Assembly: GCA_035458505.1 (NCBI GenBank)
Contig: DATHZS010000073.1
Location: 31,165 to 95,164 of the forward strand
Origin: Anaerolineales bacterium
GTDB lineage: Bacteria; Chloroflexota; Anaerolineae; Anaerolineales; UBA11579
Direction: 5' to 3'
DNA length: 64,000 bases
The notes beneath the pieces were generated by a model that worked only from the letters and a program-made list of their open reading frames with translations, had not been told where the DNA came from and did not search any database. The translations under genes were made by a program, and so were the position numbers. Numbering within the stretch: the first letter of the stretch is position 1; every line of letters starts with the position of its first letter. Positions 9,395 through 19,314 of this stretch are shown here, one piece after another.

Positions 9395-10689
9395 TCCAAA
9401 ACCAACTGCAAGTCCCGCCAGAAAAAAAACGCTTCCACTGGCCTTCATTGCTGGTGCTGCTGAATGCCGCACTGGGGCTGATGTTTTTTGGCGGGATTGC
9501 AGTTATCATGTTATTGAGTGGTCTGATGGCAGTGTTCAATCGGGAAGCCGGGCCTGAGGACATAACGATCACATTCTCTTACTCTGCCGCGGGTGTACTG
9601 CTTGGCGCCCTGCTGCTGCCTTCGATTGTACTGGCCTTCAAGAGGCTCAGCGGCCAAGCCGCAACCAGCACTCCTGTTTGGGAGTTGCTGCAGACCCTGT
9701 TCCATCCCAAACGGTTGATCTGGCTTTATCCATTGATCCTTCTGGCAGGCGTGTGGATCAACACCAACCAACGACTTAGTTGGCTTATGATGCCGGTCAT
9801 CAACCTGTTCGCCCTCGGTGTGCCAATTGCCTTGCTGATTTGGGCCGGCACCCGCAGGCTGACCCCCAGTTCACCCCAGCGCACCTGGAGCGTATTCGGC
9901 ATAGGAATCACCACCATCCCCTTGCTGATTATCATTTTAGAATTCATTTTCATGATCGTCGGATTTTTTGTGGTGGCATTCTTTGTCTCGATCTTCTTTG
10001 AGGGGGCTGTGACAAATATCAATGACCTGCTTTTCTCCTTCACAGAGATGGCAAATGGCCAGGAGATTCCAGCACATATCGTCGCAGAGTTCATCAGGCA
10101 GCCGATCGTTCTCACCACCATCCTGATGTTTGTCTCCGGCTTGATTCCATTGATTGAAGAGTTGATCAAACCTGCTGCGATCTTGCTGCTGTGGAAAACC
10201 CCACTCACCCCTCAGGACGGATGGCGGCTGGGCCTGCTCGGCGGGGCTGGTTTTGCCCTGATCGAGAGTTTGGGGAATACCACCGTTGGCGAGGATTGGG
10301 TTTTTCTGATCCTGGGCCGCGCCGGTGCTTCAGCTTTACATATGTTCAATACAGGAATAATCAGTTATACTTTTGTGCTGTCGCGGGAAAAGAAACGCCT
10401 CCTGCCTGTGCTGTTGGCTTTGCTGGGAACCATCCTGATCCACGGGTTGTGGAACGGGATCACGATATTTGCCACAATATCCTCACTGGAGACCGGCACC
10501 GTTCTCAGCGGAGTCTGGCCGACAGGATTTATGATCCTGCTTGCAGTGATCGCTCTCGGACTGGTTGGCGGCATTCTGGCAGTCAATCAACGCCTGTATC
10601 AGAGACACACTGAGACCATTACAGCAGCCGCCAGCGAATCAACTCTTCCGGAACCAGACATTCCGGAAAAAACTGAAAGTGAGCAGTAA
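9391..10689 (+). CDS. PrsW-family intramembrane protease-like protein
   Basis: Polytopic protein with PrsW-like motifs IEELIKP (EExxK), GGAGFALIESLGN and HGLWNG. The start overlaps the upstream stop (ATGA). Confidence 0.55.
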   Translation: MIQNQLQVPPEKKRFHWPSLLVLLNAALGLMFFGGIAVIMLLSGLMAVFNREAGPEDITITFSYSAAGVLLGALLLPSIVLAFKRLSGQAATSTPVWELLQTLFHPKRLIWLYPLILLAGVWINTNQRLSWLMMPVINLFALGVPIALLIWAGTRRLTPSSPQRTWSVFGIGITTIPLLIIILEFIFMIVGFFVVAFFVSIFFEGAVTNINDLLFSFTEMANGQEIPAHIVAEFIRQPIVLTTILMFVSGLIPLIEELIKPAAILLLWKTPLTPQDGWRLGLLGGAGFALIESLGNTTVGEDWVFLILGRAGASALHMFNTGIISYTFVLSREKKRLLPVLLALLGTILIHGLWNGITIFATISSLETGTVLSGVWPTGFMILLAVIALGLVGGILAVNQRLYQRHTETITAAASESTLPEPDIPEKTESEQ

Positions 10690-10694
10690 ACCTT

Positions 10695-11363
10695 ATGGAA
10701 TTCATTTTGCAGATTGTGGATTTCATCGTCCACATCGACGTACACCTGGCACAGATCATCCAAGACTATAATACCTGGACCTACGGAATCCTCTTTGCAA
10801 TCGTATTTGCCGAAACCGGGTTTGTTGTGACTCCCTTTTTGCCCGGAGATTCTTTGATCTTCGCAGCAGCAACCTTTGCCGCGAAGGGTGCCCTCAACCC
10901 CTGGCTGATCTTTATCACGATGACCACTGCCGGGATCATTGGCGATGGTGTCAATTATTCGATCGGGCATTACATCGGACCGCGGGTCTTTACAGAAGAT
11001 ATGCGGTTCCTTAAGCGGGAGTACCTGGATAAAGCCCATGAATTCTTTGAAAAACATGGCGGAAAAGCGGTAGTACTGGCGCGCTTTATGCCGATCGTGC
11101 GCACATTCGTCCCATTCGTGGCCGGCGCCGGCTCGATGACCTATTCCAAATTTGTGGTCTACAATGTATTTGGGGCCGTAGTCTGGGTGGGGCTGTTTAC
11201 TGTGTTAGGTTACTTTTTCGGCACAATCCCAGCCGTCGAAGAGAACTTTACCTTTGTCATCTTCGCGATCATCATCCTCTCCATCCTGCCGCCAATTTTC
11301 GAGGCTGTCCGCGAGAGAAACAAAGCCAAGCAGCTCAAGGCCAGCACTCCCGAATCAGAATAA
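10695..11363 (+). CDS. DedA family membrane protein
   Basis: Canonical DedA motif: AETGFVVTPFLPGDSLIFAAATFA ... GKAVVLARFMPIVRTFVPFVAG. Confidence 0.8.
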   Translation: MEFILQIVDFIVHIDVHLAQIIQDYNTWTYGILFAIVFAETGFVVTPFLPGDSLIFAAATFAAKGALNPWLIFITMTTAGIIGDGVNYSIGHYIGPRVFTEDMRFLKREYLDKAHEFFEKHGGKAVVLARFMPIVRTFVPFVAGAGSMTYSKFVVYNVFGAVVWVGLFTVLGYFFGTIPAVEENFTFVIFAIIILSILPPIFEAVRERNKAKQLKASTPESE

Positions 11364-11388
11364 GCATAGCCCCGCAAAGAAAATACAA

Positions 11389-11417
11389 AGGAGCCGTATC
11401 TCGCGGCTCCTTTTTTT
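11389..11417. terminator. Bidirectional rho-independent terminator
   Basis: AGGAGCCG-TATCTCG-CGGCTCCT followed by TTTTTTT, between convergent DedA (+) and EamA (-) genes. Confidence 0.7.
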
Positions 11418-11460
11418 CAATTGAACAGCCTCTTTCAGGCATCGGCAGGCGAAAGCTGAA

Positions 11461-12399
11461 TCAGTTCTGCTGCACTTTTCCCCGCCGCAGATACCGCTCC
11501 CGGAATACACCTACCACCCCCAACAACACCAATGCCATCCCACCCAATGTCCAGGGGGTGATCTGCTCATCCAGAATGATCCACCCCAACAATACTGCGA
11601 TGACCGGGTTGACATAGGTATACGTCATCACAATCTGGATCGGCAGAGTTTTCAGGGCAGTCACATAAGCGGTAAATGCCAGTACAGAACCAAAAATAGA
11701 AAGGAAGACCAGGGCGATCCATGATTCTATGGTTGGGGAGGGCACCGGTTCGCCTGTCAGCCGGGAGAGAACCAGAAGCCCCACACCGCCGATCAACATT
11801 TGGTAGCCAGAGCTGATCGCTGGATCCAGCGAGACAGGCCACCGCACCTGGCGCACACTGCCCGACGCCCAGCTAAAGCCGGCAATCAGCAGTGCGCCAA
11901 TCGAGAGAACCTCAGCCTGGATCCCTTTCAGCATCCCCGGAACCGCCAGCAGGGCAATCCCGCTAAACCCGACCAGCACAGCCGCTAACAGTTGAAAAGA
12001 CGGCCGTCTTCGATTCAGAACCGCTTCGATCAAAATCGCCCAGATCGGTACCGCAGCAACCAATAGTGCCGCCAGACTGGAATCAGCCTGCTGCTCTGCC
12101 CAGGTCACCATCCCATTCCCGCCGACCAGCATCAGGATACCCGAGAGGATCAGGGTGCGCCATTCTTCTTTGGTCGGTGCCATCCGGCGCTTGCGCGATA
12201 TACCCCACAGCCAGAGCAGCCCGCCCGCGCTGAGATAGCGGACGCTGGCAAAGCTAAACGGAGGAAAGCCGCTGCCTTCCCGGACGCCAAAGCGGATGGC
12301 GAGGTAGGTCGCTCCCCAGGCGAGGTAAACAATGAATACCGGAACCAACGCTTGAAAAGTGATCTTTTCTTCAGCGGGAACCTCGGTGATATTCATCAT
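11461..12399 (-). CDS. EamA family (DMT superfamily) transporter
   Basis: Ten predicted TM helices in two EamA-like halves. The start is set to ATG 12399, which follows AAGAGGAAG. Confidence 0.7.
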   Translation of the reverse strand: MMNITEVPAEEKITFQALVPVFIVYLAWGATYLAIRFGVREGSGFPPFSFASVRYLSAGGLLWLWGISRKRRMAPTKEEWRTLILSGILMLVGGNGMVTWAEQQADSSLAALLVAAVPIWAILIEAVLNRRRPSFQLLAAVLVGFSGIALLAVPGMLKGIQAEVLSIGALLIAGFSWASGSVRQVRWPVSLDPAISSGYQMLIGGVGLLVLSRLTGEPVPSPTIESWIALVFLSIFGSVLAFTAYVTALKTLPIQIVMTYTYVNPVIAVLLGWIILDEQITPWTLGGMALVLLGVVGVFRERYLRRGKVQQN

Positions 12400-12579
12400 G
12401 CACACTTCCTCTTATGCTTGCTGAGATCAACCGAAAACACCCTGCCGGGCAATGTGAGTTGGGTCATTCGCTGATTGTAATGCAGAACTGGAAATAGATG
12501 TAAGGAAACTCAGTATATCAAGGTGATTCTTTGTGAATATCTGCTCATATCCTGCGATTATTAAAATCGGACAGCCCGG

Positions 12580-12588
12580 TGGTATAAT
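12580..12588 (+). promoter_or_regulatory. Candidate extended -10 promoter element (TGgTATAAT)
   Basis: TGGTATAAT lies about 100 nt upstream of the 12688 operon. No good -35 box. Confidence 0.3.
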
Positions 12589-12687
12589 CGCGATGATATT
12601 CAATGTATGAGTCAGATCATCGTATCGTTTCCATCAAAATGGACACCCAGTGCCCTGTCTGATTCGCCAAAAAAAGGAAATGTGAGA

Positions 12688-12960
12688 ATGCCTGGAATAA
12701 AAATTAAGACTCACATGTCCGCCCCCATCGATGCCGGAGAGATCACACTGCTGCCCATATCCCAATCCATCCATTGGATTGAGAAGAAATTCGGCCTGGT
12801 ATGGAACCGGCCCTATGCGATCAGGGTGGAACACAATCAATCGACATACCAACTCCCAATCAGAGATATGACGCGTGTTTACCTGATCTTGCTTTGGGGG
12901 TTGACAGCCATTTTCAGCCTGGTGTTTGTATCTGCCAAGCCCAACAGAAGGAGTAAATGA
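12688..12960 (+). CDS. Small membrane protein, hypothetical
   Basis: ATG 12688 (MPGIKIKTH...) with a C-terminal TM helix. The stop overlaps the next start (ATGA). No family recognised. Confidence 0.4.
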   Translation: MPGIKIKTHMSAPIDAGEITLLPISQSIHWIEKKFGLVWNRPYAIRVEHNQSTYQLPIRDMTRVYLILLWGLTAIFSLVFVSAKPNRRSK

Positions 12961-13391
12961 TGAGTGAAGAAAATAACACGATGATCAGTGTGCCGATCAG
13001 AACGTACGAGGAATCGATCCGCCTGACCGAACGGTTGTTAGAAGTGACCGAACCCGGGGTTGTCTTCAGCAAGCCAACCAAATCTGGTGAATACACCCTG
13101 ATCACTGCTTCCGAAATCATGGTTGGTTTGGGAAGCGGCTATGGCTACGGGATTTCTGAACCTGGTGAGAGAAGCGATACAGAAACGGCAAAGCCCATGC
13201 CACCCGCGGGGAGCGGTGGCGGTGGTGGTGGCGGCGGCATGTCCAGCGGGCGGCCAGTGGCCGTGGTCAGCGTTGGGCCGGAAGGCGTCCAGGTGCATCC
13301 CGTGTTGGACCGGACAAAATTGGGGATCGCTCTGCTCTCAGCCGTGGGCAGCATGCTGTTTGCAATTGGACGGATGAAAAAAGGCAGATAG
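12957..13391 (+). CDS. GerW/YtfJ family protein
   Basis: The pattern ...LLEVTEPGVVFSKPTKSGEYTLITASEIMVGLGSGYGYG ... GRPVAVVSVGPEGVQVHPVLDRTKL matches the GerW/YtfJ layout. It has an internal poly-Gly tract. Confidence 0.5.
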   Translation: MMSEENNTMISVPIRTYEESIRLTERLLEVTEPGVVFSKPTKSGEYTLITASEIMVGLGSGYGYGISEPGERSDTETAKPMPPAGSGGGGGGGGMSSGRPVAVVSVGPEGVQVHPVLDRTKLGIALLSAVGSMLFAIGRMKKGR

Positions 13392-13472
13392 CCTCTCCCA
13401 CCACCGAAAAAACGCAACCTTTTAAATTAAAACCCGCATAGTCAGTTAACCTGGTAATGAAGAGGTATCCTC

Positions 13473-13859
13473 ATGAGCAAACTCCCTGACAACCATAACC
13501 TGCCCAATCTTCAGGATGATCCCGGTTTGTTTACCGGAATGTCGCGCACGCTGCGTCTGGTACTGCGCCTGCTGGGAGATAGGCGGGTAAATTTCCTGTT
13601 GAAACTGCTGCCGATCAGCACACTCGTTTACATGTTTTCTCCACTGGATGCCGTCATCCCGTATATTGATGATGCTATCATTCTTGGTCTCGGCACCTAT
13701 GTCTTCATTGAGCTTTGTCCACCGGATGTGGTTGAAGAGCATCAGGCCAGGTTAGCCGGATGGAGGGGTACCCCCAGCCCCTCTGAGGACAATGGGGAAG
13801 TGGTTGACACCACGTTCACCGAGTTGGACACATTGGCTGAAAAAGATGAAAAATCCTAA
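13473..13859 (+). CDS. DUF1232 (YkvA)-like small membrane protein, copy 1
   Basis: LLGDRRVNFLLKLLPISTLVYMFSPLDAVIPYIDDAIILG resembles the DUF1232 core (D.RV...K.....L.Y..SP.D.IP...DD). Confidence 0.45.
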   Translation: MSKLPDNHNLPNLQDDPGLFTGMSRTLRLVLRLLGDRRVNFLLKLLPISTLVYMFSPLDAVIPYIDDAIILGLGTYVFIELCPPDVVEEHQARLAGWRGTPSPSEDNGEVVDTTFTELDTLAEKDEKS

Positions 13860-14208
13860 AAATCTGCAACCCCCCAAAGACAGCAACTTCTTCCGCGAGA
13901 TCGCCGACTACCTAAAACTTGTCTGGCTGCTCTGGACGGACGAGCGGGTCAGCCCATTCCTGAAAATATTACCGCTAGGTTCACTGATCTACATGATTTC
14001 CCCTTTCGATATGATCATCCCCTTGATCGACGATGTAGGGGTGGCCTGGTTTTTCACCTATCTGTTTGTTGAACTTTGCCCGGAAGATATCGTTGAAGAG
14101 CATCGTCAAAATATCATCAGAACAATTGAACGCGAGTGGAAGGAAACAACCTCCTATGACTTCAGTGAAGATGATATCGAAGATGCAGAATTCGAAGAAA
14201 AACCGTAA
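13846..14208 (+). CDS. DUF1232 (YkvA)-like small membrane protein, copy 2 (tandem paralog)
   Basis: WTDERVSPFLKILPLGSLIYMISPFDMIIPLIDDVGVAWFFTYLFVELCPEDIVEEH parallels copy 1 (...FIELCPPDVVEEH). The start is set at ATG 13846. Confidence 0.45.
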   Translation: MKNPKNLQPPKDSNFFREIADYLKLVWLLWTDERVSPFLKILPLGSLIYMISPFDMIIPLIDDVGVAWFFTYLFVELCPEDIVEEHRQNIIRTIEREWKETTSYDFSEDDIEDAEFEEKP

Positions 14209-15514
14209 TAGGATTACCCCTCTGATTTTGTCTCTGGTCGTGACAATCCTGCTAGGCGGGAGTCTGACCGGGTGCAGCAACTTCTCCTCAGACGATCCAG
14301 TAGTGGTCGGCGATCCCCCAACACCGGTTCTTGATACCGCAACCCCAGAAACGTCCCCAACCCAGGAACCGCCCACACCCACCAACGAGGAACCTGCCCA
14401 GGCACCTGCAACTATGCAGCCCTCACCAGAACCCATTTCCCAGGTTTCCACTTTTCCAGACGCAGGCTTCTATTCCTGGTCGGTATTTGCCAGCGACCTG
14501 GACCGGCCGGTCTTTCTGACCCATGCTGGAGACCAATCCGGGCGGATTTTCGTGATCGAGAAAGCGGGGCGTATCCTGATCTTTCAGGATGGCGTGCAAC
14601 TTGAAGAACCTTTCCTGGATATTGTCCAGCAGGTGAACAGCCAAGACTCCGAACGCGGCTTACTGGGTCTGGCCTTCCACCCGGAGTATGCCGAGAACGG
14701 CCTGTTCTTTATCAACTATACAGATCTGAATGGCGATACCGTGATTGCCAGATACCAGGTATCGGACGACAAGAATCAGGCAGACCCCAACAGCCAGCAG
14801 GTACTGCTGATTATCGGGCAACCCTACGGAAACCACAACGGAGGGATGATTGCTTTTGGGCCAGATGGTTATCTCTATATCGGGATGGGCGACGGCGGGG
14901 CGGGCGGGGACCCCCAAGGCTATGCGCAGAATCCCAACAGCTTGCTCGGCAAAATGCTGCGGATTGACGTGGACAGCGGCACACCTTACAGCATTCCCGC
15001 AGGCAATGCTCCGAACGGACGGCCAGAAATCTGGGCACTTGGACTGCGCAATCCCTGGCGATTCAGCTTCGACCGCTCCACTGGCGATCTGCTGGTCGCT
15101 GATGTTGGGCAAAACCAATGGGAAGAAATCAACATCCTGCCTGCAAACCTCCCCGGGGGACTCAACCTGGGATGGGATTATTACGAGGCAACACATGCTT
15201 TTGATGGTACCCCGCCCGAAGGCGCTGACTTTATCTTCCCGGTGATCGAGTACCAACACAGCGGCAGGAACTGCTCTGTCACCGGGGGGTACACCTACCG
15301 AGGCACTCAGCTTCCCGATTGGCAAGGGGTTTATCTTTACGGCGATTATTGCTCAGGGACTGTCTGGGGAGCAATCCCAGATGCGGACGGGAAGTGGGAA
15401 ACAGTCCAACTTTTCAAACTTCAGGCCGAGATCGCTTCCTTCGGGGAAGATGAAAACGGAGAACTTTATTTGCTCGACCTCAGCGGGAAGATCTTTAAGC
15501 TGACCCAGAACTAA
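14156..15514 (+). CDS. PQQ-dependent sugar dehydrogenase (soluble glucose/sorbosone dehydrogenase-like beta-propeller), lipoprotein
   Basis: Lipobox LGGSLTGC. Motifs present: ERGLLGLAFHPEYAENGLFFINYTD, GNHNGGMIAFGPDGYLYIGMGDGG, LLGKMLRIDVD, GLRNPWRFSFD. The start is uncertain (in-frame ATGs at 14156, 14171 and 14183). Confidence 0.75.
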   Translation: MTSVKMISKMQNSKKNRNRITPLILSLVVTILLGGSLTGCSNFSSDDPVVVGDPPTPVLDTATPETSPTQEPPTPTNEEPAQAPATMQPSPEPISQVSTFPDAGFYSWSVFASDLDRPVFLTHAGDQSGRIFVIEKAGRILIFQDGVQLEEPFLDIVQQVNSQDSERGLLGLAFHPEYAENGLFFINYTDLNGDTVIARYQVSDDKNQADPNSQQVLLIIGQPYGNHNGGMIAFGPDGYLYIGMGDGGAGGDPQGYAQNPNSLLGKMLRIDVDSGTPYSIPAGNAPNGRPEIWALGLRNPWRFSFDRSTGDLLVADVGQNQWEEINILPANLPGGLNLGWDYYEATHAFDGTPPEGADFIFPVIEYQHSGRNCSVTGGYTYRGTQLPDWQGVYLYGDYCSGTVWGAIPDADGKWETVQLFKLQAEIASFGEDENGELYLLDLSGKIFKLTQN

Positions 15515-15637
15515 AGAAACCAGGTAAAACTCAGAATTGGCTGCCGGGATGCTGAGATCGCTTCGCCAGCTATTGTTTATGTCGAACATGGTGAGACAAG
15601 AGAGACGCGGGTGCCGAAGCGTAATTTTGATAAAAAT

Positions 15638-15666
15638 TTGGCCGCATAGCAATCTGGGGCTATACT
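15638..15666 (+). promoter_or_regulatory. Candidate sigma70-type promoter (TTGGCC-17 nt-TATACT)
   Basis: -35 TTGGCC at 15638-15643 and -10 TATACT at 15661-15666 with a 17-nt spacer. It lies about 40 nt upstream of the acyl-CoA dehydrogenase start. Confidence 0.35.
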
Positions 15667-15704
15667 ATTAAAAAATCAAAACGATCATAGATTTGGAGGA
15701 GAGC

Positions 15705-16952
15705 ATGTCTACGGAGGCAATGATCACTCAGGAGGAGAAAAATCTTCAGCAGGAGGTGCGGGATTTTGCGGCATCCATTCCCAAGCAGCTGCTGCTGGAC
15801 ATGGACGCGGAAAAGGTCTCCTACCCCAGAGAATTTATCGAGGAGGCCGGCAGGCGCAATTTACTTGGTCTGCGGTTTAATAAAGAATGGGGTGGCCGTG
15901 GTTTACCCTGGCCTTCCGAACTGGTGGCACTCGAGGAGATCGGAGTACTGGGCACCGCGCTATCTTGCCTGTATTCGTTGGTTTCCATTGTTGGGGAAGC
16001 GATTCACACATTTGGGACCAACGAACAGAAAGAGAAGTACCTCAAACCGATGATCCGCGGGACGCTGGGTGTGGCCGAAGGGCTGACCGAACCGAGAGGT
16101 GGTTCGGATTTCTTTGGTGCCACCACAACCGCAAAAAGAGAAGGCGACACCTTTTATTTGAGCGGGCAAAAGCGGTTCATTGTCGGTGCCGAAGGGGCTG
16201 ACCTGTTCATGATCTACGCCAAAGTAGACGGGATCGACAACCCCAAAAAGGCGATGACCGCTTTCCTGGTAGAACGCGGAGAAGGGGTCAATGTGCATCA
16301 TATCTACGGCCTGATGGGAGCCCGGGGCGGCGGTACCGGCCGGCTGGTGTTCAACAAGGTCCCTGTTCCAGTAGAAAATGTTTTGGGAGGGGAATCCGGT
16401 ATCGGGCAAGGGACAGCCGTGTTCCACCGGATGATGATCCCCGAACGGATGACATCGGCTGGGGGAGCGATTGGGATGGGCCGGGCCGCGCTGGAGATTG
16501 CCGCTCGCTACGCCGACCGGCGCAAAGCCTTTGGCGAAAAGATCCGGCAGTTTGAAGGGGTGAGCTTCAAGATCGCGGAGAGCCTGACCCTGCTGGATGC
16601 CGCCCGAGCCCTCAACCACGCTGTCGGGAAAACCATCGAGTCTGACCAGCCGGAGGGGAAAGTCCGGCGTCTGGTTTCAGAGGCCAAGAAATTCTCCACC
16701 GATACGGCCTGGACGATCGTCAATCATGCAATGCAAATTTTGGGCGGGATCGGGTACACCAACGTGTTCCCGGTGGAACGGCTGCTGCGCGATGTGCGCC
16801 TGCTGACAATTTGGACGGGTACCAACGAGATCATGAATCTGATCATCCAGCACGAGTTTTACCGGGAATTTCTAAGCCGCCCACCGGTCAGCCGGGATGT
16901 GGAAGCCGATGCCGAAGGCGCAGACCTGGAAGGGGAAAAGATTTACGAGTAA
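15705..16952 (+). CDS. Acyl-CoA dehydrogenase family protein
   Basis: ACAD layout: [11 protein letters not shown], the C-terminal helical domain and the catalytic region IWTGTNEI. The start is ATG 15705, preceded by GGAGGAG. Confidence 0.8.
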   Translation: MSTEAMITQEEKNLQQEVRDFAASIPKQLLLDMDAEKVSYPREFIEEAGRRNLLGLRFNKEWGGRGLPWPSELVALEEIGVLGTALSCLYSLVSIVGEAIHTFGTNEQKEKYLKPMIRGTLGVAEGLTEPRGGSDFFGATTTAKREGDTFYLSGQKRFIVGAEGADLFMIYAKVDGIDNPKKAMTAFLVERGEGVNVHHIYGLMGARGGGTGRLVFNKVPVPVENVLGGESGIGQGTAVFHRMMIPERMTSAGGAIGMGRAALEIAARYADRRKAFGEKIRQFEGVSFKIAESLTLLDAARALNHAVGKTIESDQPEGKVRRLVSEAKKFSTDTAWTIVNHAMQILGGIGYTNVFPVERLLRDVRLLTIWTGTNEIMNLIIQHEFYREFLSRPPVSRDVEADAEGADLEGEKIYE

Positions 16953-16988
16953 CTTCGCCTTGGGTCCTCAATGCAACCATAAAAAGTA

Positions 16989-17020
16989 AGCCTCTGATAA
17001 TCGAGGCTCACTTTTCAGTT
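16989..17020. terminator. Hairpin plus T-rich tail between convergent genes
   Basis: AGCCTC-TGATAATC-GAGGCT followed by CACTTTTCAGTTTT. Confidence 0.4.
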
Positions 17021-17037
17021 TTGCATTCGCACAAGCT

Positions 17038-19206
17038 CTATCTTGGCTTTCTCCTGATTTTCTCCAGGGATTTAGCGTAATCTTCTATCTCCTTCAAGAC
17101 AGGCCGATTGACTCCCTTCTGTTTGAGATAATCGACGGTCAGGTTCAACTCCCGTTTGGCCTTCGTAATATCACCCGCCTCAGCGAGCGTTTCTGCCCGC
17201 ATTCGGCGCACTTCATGATAGGACAAGTTAGTGAGTGTTTCTTCATCCGTCTGATGCCTTTCCAGGGCATCATCGGTGAGAGCAATGACACTATCAGGGT
17301 CTGCCCGCCGGTACAGTTTAAGTTCTTTTTTCTTTTTTTCGATGCGGTAAAAGTCGCGCTTGAGGTTTTTGGCGAGGGTCAGTTTTGTCTGGGCAGCAAG
17401 CCGGCTTTCCGGGAACCGTTCAACAATTTCCTCCAGAGTATTCATACCACTATCGAGATAAGGGGAACTGGAACCGTTCAAATAGAGGGTCATGCCGGTG
17501 GAGTAGTTGAAGTAATCCTGGGCAATACGTTCTTCTTCCCTGGCAAAGGGACGGGCAATCCGAAGCCGATGCACTTGTGAAGGGATGAGAATATCCCCAC
17601 CGCCATGATAGACCGCCTTAATCAGATATTCGCCAGGGTCGTCGAAATAATACCCGTCGACACCAAAACTGACGAAGACATTTTCGCTCTGTCGATCTTC
17701 CCCCTTATTCTTTTGATCCTTTTGCAGGGGTTTCAGGACTGTTGTCTCTGCCTCAGCCACCTTGCATAAAATCGGTGCATACTGAACGGTCTTGCCATTC
17801 GGTTTCCGGATGTAAATAACCACCCCGCCAAATTCCGGATTGAGGCGGGTATCAATTTTCAGCTCCAGATTGCTCAAGTTGCGCAGGCGGAACTCCAGGT
17901 TGACGGGCTGCATAAAATCGAAGTGTCCGGGGGAACGGACAAGCAGTTCAACAGGGAGCTGGCCTTCCGCATCGGCAAAGACATCGCTGGTCATCTCAAG
18001 ATGGCCGCCGGAAGCCCAATCGTCTCCGCCCATAATGACTGCGGCGCGGTCTCCGTGACGAAGATGGATCAATTCATCCTCATCGAAGCGAAATTCGAAA
18101 TTTTTCCAAAACTCATTGGTCCCATTCCGGTTGTCGTATTTCCAATCATAGTTCATCCAGGAAAGGGCATCTGGCCTTCCTTTATCCCATGAATGCAGGA
18201 AGTTGAAAGCATGCCCAATCTCATGCACATAGGTATACAACAGCTTGCGCATGGCGGCTGCCTGTGCCTCCGTCCTGGGGTTCTCCACCAGGTTTCTGAA
18301 CCAGCGATGATTGCGGAATACCGCACAGCCCTGGCGGTCTGGTGCTTCACCCGCGCCACCATAGATTGACTTTGCATCAAACATGATCCCACCCACACCC
18401 GCTGAGTCAAAGGTACCCGCGAGGATACACCACATATGCCATTTGGGCTCATTTCCAGAGTATTGGCTGAAATGCTGTTCCATCGCATCGTGCAGTTCAT
18501 CCGGAGACCAGGTGTCAAAATCGGAATGGCTATCATCGATCAGAGTATGGTTAGGATTGATGGTCAGATCAATGCCTGCTTCCAGGTAAGCCTCCCGGAT
18601 ATCCAGGACCCGCTGTGGCAATTCGCTGGGACGATTTTTGTGCAGGTGCGTATCATAGCTGGGCAAGACTGGCTTGGAGTTGACTGAATTACAAATATCC
18701 ACTTCGAGGGTAATTTGACGAAAGGCAGATGCCTTTCGAGTACATTCAAACACCCAGGTCTGCTCAGCGCCGGAGGACAGGGTGACAGTGGTTGGGCCGG
18801 TCGCCTTCACAGATCCCCATGGGATGCTGATCGTAACCGTTGTTTGGGGATGTGTGCCTTTCCAGTAGCGTACCTGACCGCTAATCTCAACCCTGGAACG
18901 CTGCCACTCCAGCACCGGCTCGTCTACGATCCAGGATTCGCGATACACCTTCCAGGAAAATGTTTTCCCAAACCACCTGAAGTTATAGGTCCGGTACAGA
19001 TCAGCACTGACGCGATTCGTGACCGGAGAATTGGCATAATTGGGATCAACATCCACCCTGAGGTCAATCTCATACCTGCCGCGCACCGGGGAAATCAACC
19101 CGCCTTCATACCTCCCGCTGACTGGGTTTACTACTGTTTCCTTTTCAGAACCAGACTTGGGATGGTCGCTTGCTTCTGGATCTACAAGGGATTGAGCGTC
19201 GGACAT
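17038..19206 (-). CDS. Large metzincin-like zinc metalloprotease-domain protein without signal peptide
   Basis: 722 aa. It carries HEIGHAFNFLH (HExxHxxNxxH) followed by a Met-turn-like LSWMNYD. The N-terminal ~300 aa look beta-rich and the C-terminus is helical. No signal peptide or TM helix is seen. Confidence 0.55.
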   Translation of the reverse strand: MSDAQSLVDPEASDHPKSGSEKETVVNPVSGRYEGGLISPVRGRYEIDLRVDVDPNYANSPVTNRVSADLYRTYNFRWFGKTFSWKVYRESWIVDEPVLEWQRSRVEISGQVRYWKGTHPQTTVTISIPWGSVKATGPTTVTLSSGAEQTWVFECTRKASAFRQITLEVDICNSVNSKPVLPSYDTHLHKNRPSELPQRVLDIREAYLEAGIDLTINPNHTLIDDSHSDFDTWSPDELHDAMEQHFSQYSGNEPKWHMWCILAGTFDSAGVGGIMFDAKSIYGGAGEAPDRQGCAVFRNHRWFRNLVENPRTEAQAAAMRKLLYTYVHEIGHAFNFLHSWDKGRPDALSWMNYDWKYDNRNGTNEFWKNFEFRFDEDELIHLRHGDRAAVIMGGDDWASGGHLEMTSDVFADAEGQLPVELLVRSPGHFDFMQPVNLEFRLRNLSNLELKIDTRLNPEFGGVVIYIRKPNGKTVQYAPILCKVAEAETTVLKPLQKDQKNKGEDRQSENVFVSFGVDGYYFDDPGEYLIKAVYHGGGDILIPSQVHRLRIARPFAREEERIAQDYFNYSTGMTLYLNGSSSPYLDSGMNTLEEIVERFPESRLAAQTKLTLAKNLKRDFYRIEKKKKELKLYRRADPDSVIALTDDALERHQTDEETLTNLSYHEVRRMRAETLAEAGDITKAKRELNLTVDYLKQKGVNRPVLKEIEDYAKSLEKIRRKPR

Positions 19207-19314
19207 TTTTCACCTCCAAAGGCTTTAATCATCTGATGTTCCAGTCTGAGAAACGGGATGCAGGACAATTCCCTGCAACTGAACAACCATTTTTTCGATT
19301 TTACAGACAAACCA

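Noticed and set aside
13212-13238. GGN repeat (and the CCN-rich tract at 7151-7206) as a microsatellite or CRISPR-like repeat
   Set aside because: Both are in-frame coding low-complexity tracts: poly-Gly in the GerW-like protein and poly-Pro in the HExxH membrane protein. There is no repeat-spacer architecture anywhere in the window.
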